NCBI GenBank assembly: GCA_963667725.2
Contig: CAXXHO010000005.1
Span: 1,024,001 to 1,088,000, forward strand
DNA length: 64,000 nt
Reading direction: 5' to 3'
Origin: Treponemataceae bacterium
GTDB taxonomy: Bacteria; Spirochaetota; Spirochaetia; Treponematales; Rectinemataceae
Shown: positions 51,227 through 59,105 of the stretch, one piece after another
How positions within the stretch are numbered: the stretch's first letter is position 1
Layout: every line of letters starts with the position of its first letter
The notes under the pieces: model-generated
Databases searched by the model: none
The model's input: only the letters and a program-made list of their open reading frames with translations
Told to the model about the DNA's origin: nothing
Program-made: the position numbers and the translations under genes

Positions 51227-51400
51227 GTGAACGTTCACACCGATTGTAAATGGCGCCTTTTCTGCTGTCAACGAGCCGCGGATGCCTTGAAAATACCACC
51301 CAATACCTTACTAACAATGTAACAAATGTAATTTATTTAAAATATATTTGACAAAAAGGGAAAGGACTGCTAGCATTGTTTTTGTAGCGTGTACGTTAAC
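51227..51400. promoter_or_regulatory. Divergent promoter region: operator-like sites GTGAACGTTCAC (51227-51238) and GTGTACGTTAAC (51389-51400); + strand sigma70 promoter TTGACA(51348)-17 bp-TAGCAT
   Basis: One perfect and one imperfect palindrome; -35/-10 with extended TG. Confidence 0.65.
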
Positions 51401-51452
51401 GCATCTTTTACGATACAGAGTTTCTATCACTTTCGAGCACAGGAGCGTGGAA

Positions 51453-52097
51453 ATGAAGCATTCACGGACAACGGCGATGGTCCTGTTCGCTTTTCTGATC
51501 ATATCGCCAGGCCTGTCCTTCGCCGCGGACGCGAAAGTCAACTCCTTGACCTGCGTCGGCATCTACTCCGAAACGAGCGCCGGCTATATAAGCTATCGGA
51601 ACGCCGGCAAGGGCGAATGGATCGTCGCCAAGGTCGGCGACCTCATACCGACGAGCGCCGAGATCCGCGTCAACGTCGACAGGGACTGGATCGAGCTGAT
51701 CCAGGCGGCCAAACCCAACGAAGTCTACGAGCTCACCGGCAGCGAGAAGGGCGAAGTGATCGCGAAGGTCGCCGACATCATCAAGGCCAAACCGCGCGCC
51801 GTCGGCTTTCCCAAGGGAACGGCTGCCAAACCCGACGCCGCCTTCAAGGACAAGCTCGTCGTCACCCAATACCTGGGAAGGCAGGTGTACAGGGCGGCCA
51901 GCGGGGAATCCAAGGACATAAAGTACGGCGATATCCTCGACATAAAGGGCAAGGTGAAGATCATCGCCATCAACAACACCCTCACCCTCATGAACGCGTC
52001 CGGCGCCGTTACCACGGTCATCGGCCCGCTCAACTTCAACGTGGAACAAGTTCTCAACAATAAAAGTCTTTACAAATATCTGAATGTCCAGAAATAG
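51453..52097 (+). CDS. Secreted hypothetical beta-rich protein, first gene of the sugar ABC operon
   Basis: AGGAG RBS; signal peptide ending SFA; host-like codon usage. Confidence 0.8.
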   Translation: MKHSRTTAMVLFAFLIISPGLSFAADAKVNSLTCVGIYSETSAGYISYRNAGKGEWIVAKVGDLIPTSAEIRVNVDRDWIELIQAAKPNEVYELTGSEKGEVIAKVADIIKAKPRAVGFPKGTAAKPDAAFKDKLVVTQYLGRQVYRAASGESKDIKYGDILDIKGKVKIIAINNTLTLMNASGAVTTVIGPLNFNVEQVLNNKSLYKYLNVQK

Positions 52098-52176
52098 GCG
52101 AAAGGAGGAGGCGACCCGGAGAAGGGGAAGGTGCATGACGTCATTACGACGCAAGTTCAATACATGGAGGGTTTCA

Positions 52177-53154
52177 ATGAAAAACTGGAAAAAAGTCCTA
52201 GTACTGTTGCCGGCGATGCTGTTGATCTTCTCCGCATCGGCCTTCGCGGCTCCGCCCAAAACATGGGTCGTCGGTTTCGCCCAGATCGGCTCAGAAAGCG
52301 AGTGGAGAACAGCCGACACGATCTCGGTACAGAATGCCTTCAACGAGGATGAAAGCTTCATCCTGATCTATTCCGACGCCCAGCAGAAGCAGGAGAACCA
52401 GATCAAGGCGCTGCGCTCCTTCATCTCGAGGAAAGTGGACTGCATCGTGTTCACCGCCCTCGTCGAGACCGGCTACGGCCCCGTGCTTCAGGAAGCGAAG
52501 CGCGCCGGCATCCCCGTCATCATGATCGACCGCGACGTCCAAGAATCCGACAGGTCCCTGAGGCTCACGATCATGGGATCCAACTTCATCACGGAAGGCG
52601 AGAAAGCGGGCAACTGGCTCGCCGCCTACCTCAAACAGAAGGGCATGGACGACGGCAAGAAACCGATCAATATCGTGGAACTCCAGGGCACGACAGGCTC
52701 GGCTCCCGCCATCGAAAGGAAAACCGGCTTCGCGAACATCATGAAGCAGCATTCCAATTGGCAGCTCACCCGCTCCCAGACGGGCAACTTCACGAGCTCC
52801 GAGGGCAAGGCCGTCATGGAAGCCTTCCTGAAGGCCGACAAGACGATCCAGGTCCTCTATGCCCACAACGACCAGATGGCCTTGGGCGCTATTCAGGCCA
52901 TCAAGGAAGCCGGACTGAAGCCGGGCAAAGATATCATCATCATCGGCGTGGACGCCGTAAAAGGCGCTTTCGAGGCCATCGTCGCGGGCGAGATGAACTG
53001 CACGGTCGAGTGCAGCCCATTGCTCGGACCTCAGGCCGTACAGGCCGTGACCGACCTGCGCGACGGGAAGAAACTCCCCGCCCGCATCTACACGATCGAA
53101 GGTCTCTTCGACGAGACCAACGCCGCGGCGGCCCTGCCGACCAGGCAGTACTGA
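52177..53154 (+). CDS. ytfQ: Sugar ABC substrate-binding protein, YtfQ-like (galactofuranose/arabinose class)
   Basis: VGFAQIGSESEWR, DAQQKQENQIKA, ELQGTTGSAPA, AHNDQMALGA, VECSPLLGP. Confidence 0.85.
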   Translation: MKNWKKVLVLLPAMLLIFSASAFAAPPKTWVVGFAQIGSESEWRTADTISVQNAFNEDESFILIYSDAQQKQENQIKALRSFISRKVDCIVFTALVETGYGPVLQEAKRAGIPVIMIDRDVQESDRSLRLTIMGSNFITEGEKAGNWLAAYLKQKGMDDGKKPINIVELQGTTGSAPAIERKTGFANIMKQHSNWQLTRSQTGNFTSSEGKAVMEAFLKADKTIQVLYAHNDQMALGAIQAIKEAGLKPGKDIIIIGVDAVKGAFEAIVAGEMNCTVECSPLLGPQAVQAVTDLRDGKKLPARIYTIEGLFDETNAAAALPTRQY

Positions 53155-53193
53155 CCTGCGTATTGATTTAGCGATGTATCGATAGTATATCCT

Positions 53194-53247
53194 GAAGGGA
53201 CAAGGTTGCCTCTCGCCGCAAGGGCGATGAGGAGGCTTTGTCCCTTC
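53194..53247 (+). terminator. Long stem-loop between the SBP and ATPase genes
   Basis: GAAGGGACAA/TTGTCCCTTC outer stem with inner GCCTC/GAGGC and TCGCC/GGCGA pairings. Confidence 0.6.
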
Positions 53248-53279
53248 GTTTGCTGACTGTTTCAGCGGGAGGCATCCAA

Positions 53280-54824
53280 ATGTCCGACAACGCCCCAATC
53301 GTCGAGTTGAAGAAGATTTGCAAAACTTTTCCTGGCGTGAAAGCGTTGTCCAGCGTGGATTTTCGCCTTTTCCCGGGCGAGGTCCATGCCCTCATGGGGC
53401 AAAACGGAGCGGGAAAATCCACTCTGGTAAAGGTGCTCACCGGCGTATACCGCCAGGATTCAGGAGAGATTCTCCTCGAAGGCAAGCCGATCAGGCCGGA
53501 TTCGCCCCTCGCCGCGCAGAAACTGGGAATCAACACCGTCTATCAGGAAATCAACCTCTGCCTCAACCTCTCGGTGGCCGAGAATATCTTCATCGGCAGA
53601 GAGCCGAAGCGCCTCGGCCGGATTGACTGGAAGACCATGAACGGAAAGGCCGAGGAAGTCCTGAAACGGCTCAACATCAACATCGACGTGACGAAGATAC
53701 TGTCTTCCTATTCGATCGCCGTACAGCAAATGGTGGCCATTTCCCGTGTCCTCGATTCGTCCTCCAAGGTTCTCATCCTCGACGAGCCAACGTCGAGCCT
53801 CGACGAGACCGAAGTCGCGCAACTTTTCAAGGTGATAAAGAAGTTGCGCGACGAAGGAATGGCCATCCTTTTCATCACCCACTTTTTGGATCAGACGTAC
53901 CAGATTTCCGACAGGATCACCGTGCTGAAGAACGGCGAGTTCGTGGGGGAATACGAGACGGGGAACCTGCCCAAACTGGAGCTGATCGCCAAGATGCTCG
54001 GCAAGGAACTCTCTGAATTCAGTTATACGACGAGCGGGGCGCGGGAGAAGAAACCCGATACGGCCGATGATACGGCCGCCGGGACCGCCGACGATACGGC
54101 GCCCCTTCTCGAGGCGAAGAACCTCGGCCTGCGCGGCTCTATCGCGCCCTTCGACATCGCGCTCCGCGAGGGCGACGTGCTCGGCTTCGCGGGGCTCCTG
54201 GGCTCGGGGCGGACGGAGACGGCGAGACTTCTCTTCGGCATCGACTCCGCCGACCAGGGCGACCTGGCCGTGAAAGGGAAAAAGGCCGGCATCAGCTCGC
54301 CGAGGGGAGCGATGATGGCCGGCATGGGCTTCTGCTCGGAGGACAGGAAGAACGAAGGGATCTTCGCCGAACTTTCGATACGCGAGAACATCATCCTCGC
54401 GCTCCAGGCGAAGATGGGCGCGTCGAAATATCTTTCGACGAAAAAACAGCTGGAAATCGCCGAGGAACTTATAGCGTCGCTGAGGATCGTCACGCCGAGC
54501 GCCAACGGCGAGGCCAAACAGCTCTCAGGCGGCAACCAGCAGAAGCTGCTGCTGGCTCGCTGGCTCTGCACCAATCCCTTAATCCTCATCCTCGACGAGC
54601 CCACCCGCGGCATCGACGTGGGCGCGAAACTCGAAATCATGGAGCAGATACTCAACCTGAGCAGGAAAGGCCTAGGGGTCGTCTTCATATCGTCGGAGTT
54701 CGAGGAACTGCTGCGCTGCAGCACGAAAATTGCCGTTTTCAGGGACAAGGTGAAGATCGCTGAACTCGAGGGAGAGGACATGAACGAGAGGACCATCATG
54801 CAGACTATCGCGGGAGGCAGATGA
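53280..54824 (+). CDS. ytfR: Sugar ABC transporter ATPase (two NBDs)
   Basis: GQNGAGKST, LDEPTSSL, LSGGNQQK, LDEPTRGIDVGAK. Confidence 0.9.
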   Translation: MSDNAPIVELKKICKTFPGVKALSSVDFRLFPGEVHALMGQNGAGKSTLVKVLTGVYRQDSGEILLEGKPIRPDSPLAAQKLGINTVYQEINLCLNLSVAENIFIGREPKRLGRIDWKTMNGKAEEVLKRLNINIDVTKILSSYSIAVQQMVAISRVLDSSSKVLILDEPTSSLDETEVAQLFKVIKKLRDEGMAILFITHFLDQTYQISDRITVLKNGEFVGEYETGNLPKLELIAKMLGKELSEFSYTTSGAREKKPDTADDTAAGTADDTAPLLEAKNLGLRGSIAPFDIALREGDVLGFAGLLGSGRTETARLLFGIDSADQGDLAVKGKKAGISSPRGAMMAGMGFCSEDRKNEGIFAELSIRENIILALQAKMGASKYLSTKKQLEIAEELIASLRIVTPSANGEAKQLSGGNQQKLLLARWLCTNPLILILDEPTRGIDVGAKLEIMEQILNLSRKGLGVVFISSEFEELLRCSTKIAVFRDKVKIAELEGEDMNERTIMQTIAGGR

Positions 54825-55849
54825 ACATGGCTTGGCTGAATACCCTGACGCGCAGGAAGATCTTCTGGCCGCTGGTTGCCCTCGCCTTCCTTCTCGCTTT
54901 CAATCTCTTTTTCACCCCCAACTTCTTCAGCGTCGAGATAAAACAGGGCCACCTCTACGGCAATGTCATCGACATCCTGAAGAACGGCGCGCCGATCATG
55001 CTTCTGGCCGTCGGCTTGACCCTCGTCATCGCGACGAAGGGCATCGACATCTCGGTGGGATCGGTAGTGGCCATTTCGGCTGGCGTCGTGGCCATGCTGA
55101 TAGGCGGCGACCTCAAGGGCAACCCCAAGTACCCCATCGCCTTCGCGATGTCGGCAGCCGTGCTTGTGTCGGTCGCCGCGGGCATGTGGAACGGCATGCT
55201 CGTCTCCTGGGTGGGAATGCAGCCCATCATCGCGACCCTGATCCTCTCGGTGGCGGGGCGAGGCATAGCGATGGTCACCACCAACGCCATGGTCGTCTGG
55301 CTCTACGCCAAACCCTTCGCCCTTCTCGGGCAAGGCTACCTGCTGGGCCTGCCCTTTTCGATCTATATGGTGGCCGTCCTCCTTTTGCTGACATGGCTGG
55401 CCACGCGGCGGACAGCCCTCGGCCTCTTCATCGAGGCTGTGGGCATCAACCCAACCGCCTCGCGCTTCGCGGGCATCAACGCGAAAAACCTCATCTTCTG
55501 GGTCTACGCCTTTTCGGGATTCTGCGCGGGCGTATCGGGCCTCGTCGTCTGCTCTACCGTTATGAGCGCCGACGGGAACAACGCCGGCCTCGGCTATGAA
55601 ATGGACGCGATACTGGCCGTCGTCATAGGCGGAACCTCCATGAACGGAGGGAAATTCTATCTTTTCGGCTCTATGGTGGGCGCGCTGATCGTCCAGACCC
55701 TGACGACGACCATCTACGCCTTCAATGTCCCGCCCGAGATAGCCCAGGTGGTGAAGGCCCTCGTCGTGTGGACCGTCAGCCTCCTCCAGTCGGCCAGCTT
55801 CCGGGCCAAGGTCGCGGGACTATTCGGCAAGAGGGAGGTGGCGGCATGA
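54821..55849 (+). CDS. ytfT: Sugar ABC permease
   Basis: GIDISVGS, QPIIATL, SADGNNAG, DAILAVVIGG. Confidence 0.85.
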   Translation: MNMAWLNTLTRRKIFWPLVALAFLLAFNLFFTPNFFSVEIKQGHLYGNVIDILKNGAPIMLLAVGLTLVIATKGIDISVGSVVAISAGVVAMLIGGDLKGNPKYPIAFAMSAAVLVSVAAGMWNGMLVSWVGMQPIIATLILSVAGRGIAMVTTNAMVVWLYAKPFALLGQGYLLGLPFSIYMVAVLLLLTWLATRRTALGLFIEAVGINPTASRFAGINAKNLIFWVYAFSGFCAGVSGLVVCSTVMSADGNNAGLGYEMDAILAVVIGGTSMNGGKFYLFGSMVGALIVQTLTTTIYAFNVPPEIAQVVKALVVWTVSLLQSASFRAKVAGLFGKREVAA

Positions 55850-56850
55850 AGCTAAAATCCCTCTTCAGCCCGAAAAACCTGCCCACCATCGTGACTCTCG
55901 GCCTCTTCGTCCTCATGTTCGGTCTGGGATCGGTCTCTTTCAGAGGCTTCTTTTCCCTTCAGAACTTCCTCAATCTCTTCATCGACAACGCCTACCTCAT
56001 CATCATCGCCGTGGGGATGACCTTCGTCATCATCTCGGGGGGCATCGACCTTTCGGTCGGCTCCATGCTCGCCCTCTCCACGATGGTGACGTCGAGTCTC
56101 CTGGAAAAATCCCGCTGGGACCCCCTCTACGTAATCCCCGTCGTCCTTTTGATGGGTGTGGCGCTGGGGCTCTTCATGGGCTGGCTCATCCAAACCTTCG
56201 ACATACCGCCCTTCATCATCACGCTGGCGGGGCTCTACCTCGCCAGAGGGCTCTGCTACGTGGTGAGCATCGACACGATTGGCATTACTCACCCCTTCTG
56301 GCAGGCCATGGCGAGCTCCGCGATCCCGATCTCTGGGAACAGCTTCATCTCGCCGAGCGTTATCGTCGCCGTCGTCATCCTGATAGCGGGAATGTACGTT
56401 TCGCGCTTTACGAAATTCGGACGGACGGTCTTCGCCATAGGCGGCAACGAACAGTCGGCCGTGCTGATGGGCCTACCGGTGGCGCGGACAAAAATCCTCC
56501 TCTATGCTTTCTCGGGCTTCTGCTCGGCGCTGGCGGGCATCGTCTTCACCTTCTATACGCTCTCCGGCTACGCCTTGAACGGAAGAGGCATGGAAATGGA
56601 CGCGATCGCGACGGTGGTGATAGGCGGAACCCTCCTCTCCGGAGGCGTGGGAAGCGTCCTCGGAACCCTCTTCGGCGTCTTCGTCTACGGGACAATTCAG
56701 GTGCTGATCGTCTTCCAGGGAACGCTCAACTCCTGGTGGACGCGCATCGCGATCGGTTTCCTGGTATTCGTTTTCTGCCTGCTGCAGAGGCTGTTTGAGG
56801 TGAGGAAGGGGGGCAGGAAGAGGAAGGACAAGGCTGCTGCGGGCGGATGA
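55846..56850 (+). CDS. yjfF: Sugar ABC permease
   Basis: DNAYL, SGGIDLSVGS, AIGGNEQSA, SWWTRI. Confidence 0.85.
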   Translation: MKLKSLFSPKNLPTIVTLGLFVLMFGLGSVSFRGFFSLQNFLNLFIDNAYLIIIAVGMTFVIISGGIDLSVGSMLALSTMVTSSLLEKSRWDPLYVIPVVLLMGVALGLFMGWLIQTFDIPPFIITLAGLYLARGLCYVVSIDTIGITHPFWQAMASSAIPISGNSFISPSVIVAVVILIAGMYVSRFTKFGRTVFAIGGNEQSAVLMGLPVARTKILLYAFSGFCSALAGIVFTFYTLSGYALNGRGMEMDAIATVVIGGTLLSGGVGSVLGTLFGVFVYGTIQVLIVFQGTLNSWWTRIAIGFLVFVFCLLQRLFEVRKGGRKRKDKAAAGG

Positions 56851-56882
56851 AAAACTGCTAATCTTGATGATATCGAATAAGG

Positions 56883-59000
56883 TTAAGTCCCATTTAGGGA
56901 GTTAGTTTGTCTCATATCATCCAAATATTCTGATCCAGGGTCTACGCTGGTCACAAGCAAATAATCTCTTGCACGGGTGCATGCAACATAGAGCAGATGG
57001 CGTTCGGTGTCATATACTTCCTGCAGATCGGATTCATCGCTCACTTGTTCGATGCGTTCCTGTAAGGGGATCACTTCGTCATCGCAGGCCATTACGACTA
57101 CGGCACGGAACTCCAGACCCTTGGCGAGGTTCATGGTGCCGATGGAAGCAAAACCACTGACAAGATCAACATGATCATCAAGGATTTTACAGGGCATGCC
57201 GATTTTATCGACAGCCGACTGCGCCCGTTCTATTTGGGCGATTGATCGGACAAATATACCGATTTCATGAGGATGAAGACCCTCATCCTGTCGTTTGGTG
57301 AGCCATTCGGCGATAATATCGATTTCCTCGGGTTCGCTTTTGAGCGAGAGGATGGTTGGAGCGGGACCGTTGAAAACGGAGACGGTATCGTGTCTATCCT
57401 CGCGGTTGCCATCGATATCGGTGAGCACTGGGTCGAGGAGTCGGTCGGCTTGGGAACGGATTTGATGCGATGTCCGATAATTGACGCGTAATGTTTTGGA
57501 GCGACCGCGTATGTCGACGCCGAGCGATTTCCAGGAAAAGGGCTGCTGGAATATACGCTGTCCTTGGTCGCCTGCAAAGAAAAGGGCGTTTGGTCTGCCT
57601 CCACCCAAGGCCGCGAGGAATTTCAGATGGGCGACACCGATATCCTGAGCTTCATCAACCACTATGTAATCAAATGGGATCTTCTTTGAAACGATGAGCG
57701 CTTCCGCAAGTTTTGTGAAGAGTTCCGCAAGAGTAATCTGCCTTCGCGATTTCAATCCTTCACGGACTTTCTCAAAAAGTGACCACACTATCGATCGCTG
57801 GGCTTCCGATATCCGCGTCTTTCTCCCTAAACGAGCGACCTGTCTATACGAATCCCAGTCACGTACCTGCCATGCATCGACGATTTGCTTCCATTCGTCG
57901 AGCAGAAAATGCGGACTGAATTTTTGCCCTTCAAGCGTCAGTGAAGCCTCTTTCAACAAAGCTTTCACTGTTTCTCTGCTGGCAAGCGAGTACTTTCCAA
58001 TATTCGAGCCATAGAGACGACAGCCGATAGCATCGAGGGAATATACATCGATTCTTTCTGCCAGCGACGGCGTAGCGCCTATTAAGCGTCGCAATTTGGT
58101 CTTGAGCGCGTTAGCGAGGGGATCAGAAAAGGTTGTCAGAAGTACGCGGGCTTCGGGATTCTTTTGGGCCAAATAGACAGCTCGATGCAGTGCGACAATG
58201 GTTTTGCCGGTTCCGGCGGAGCCCGATACTCTCGCTGGACCGGAATAATCGCGTTCAACAATCTGACGCTGTTCGGGATGAAGAAATACTGTCCATTTCT
58301 CCCAGGGATATTCAAGAGCGCGCTGTAACTCTTCCACGTTGGACATCACGCGGAAGCGGCGCTGGGCATCGGGGTGCTCGAAGGGATTGGCGGTAACAGT
58401 CAATGGTTCCGGTACGCGAGGTTTGCCGCCAGTGGCCAGCTCGAGCAAAGCCTCGGAGGCTTCCGCGGGCAGGTGATCGGTCAAAGCCAGTAAAGTCTCT
58501 TCCGTTGCCATTTTAACATCGGCAAGCCACTCTGTTGGAATGCCGTAGCTGAGGAGCACATCATCCGAAACTTGCGCGAAAAGAGGGGCTTTTATGGGTG
58601 AAGGCTTGTTTCCTGCTTCGATCGTAGGCTCGATATACAACGGAACGAGAACTTCCTTCACCGTCTCGCGGATCTCGACCAACTGCGCGGCGCCTGTAGT
58701 AGGATGCATCTCCAACTTGCGGCGTTCCGCCCAGCTATAGGCTTTGTCATGATGATCGACATAGCAAAGCAAAAGACTTGATTCGCTTTTATGAATGATG
58801 AGGCGAATATCGGCGTTTACTCGCACTGACCAGAAATTCTTGTCTTTAGCATTTTCCAGTTTATGAAAGCTCATGCCGGGACTGGCTGGGTTGAGCTGTA
58901 AGTCAAAGGCAGTAGTCTTGGCTGCTTTTTGCTCATCGCCGGAGAGCCTGGCGAGGCTGTCGGTGAAGGTATCGGCAATTAGAAAGGTCATGAATGCCAT
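56883..59000 (-). CDS. UvrD/Rep-like SF1 helicase with N-terminal RelE/ParE-like domain
   Basis: GSAGTGKT, IVVDEAQD, AGDQGQRI, NYRT, AKGLEF, LYVACTRAR; N-terminal ~90 aa resemble a RelE fold; AGAGGA RBS. Confidence 0.88.
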   Translation of the reverse strand: MAFMTFLIADTFTDSLARLSGDEQKAAKTTAFDLQLNPASPGMSFHKLENAKDKNFWSVRVNADIRLIIHKSESSLLLCYVDHHDKAYSWAERRKLEMHPTTGAAQLVEIRETVKEVLVPLYIEPTIEAGNKPSPIKAPLFAQVSDDVLLSYGIPTEWLADVKMATEETLLALTDHLPAEASEALLELATGGKPRVPEPLTVTANPFEHPDAQRRFRVMSNVEELQRALEYPWEKWTVFLHPEQRQIVERDYSGPARVSGSAGTGKTIVALHRAVYLAQKNPEARVLLTTFSDPLANALKTKLRRLIGATPSLAERIDVYSLDAIGCRLYGSNIGKYSLASRETVKALLKEASLTLEGQKFSPHFLLDEWKQIVDAWQVRDWDSYRQVARLGRKTRISEAQRSIVWSLFEKVREGLKSRRQITLAELFTKLAEALIVSKKIPFDYIVVDEAQDIGVAHLKFLAALGGGRPNALFFAGDQGQRIFQQPFSWKSLGVDIRGRSKTLRVNYRTSHQIRSQADRLLDPVLTDIDGNREDRHDTVSVFNGPAPTILSLKSEPEEIDIIAEWLTKRQDEGLHPHEIGIFVRSIAQIERAQSAVDKIGMPCKILDDHVDLVSGFASIGTMNLAKGLEFRAVVVMACDDEVIPLQERIEQVSDESDLQEVYDTERHLLYVACTRARDYLLVTSVDPGSEYLDDMRQTNSLNGT

Positions 59001-59105
59001 TTAATTCCTCTACATAAAGTTTTTCTAATAACTATTCTACTATTTAGAAATGCAAATAAATCTTTCCTAATACCTACATTTGCTTCACTCTCTGTCAATC
59101 AAAAG

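Noticed and set aside
59001..59105. ncRNA between the RT gene and the helicase
   Set aside because: Only 105 bp, AT-rich, with no convincing stem-loops by eye.
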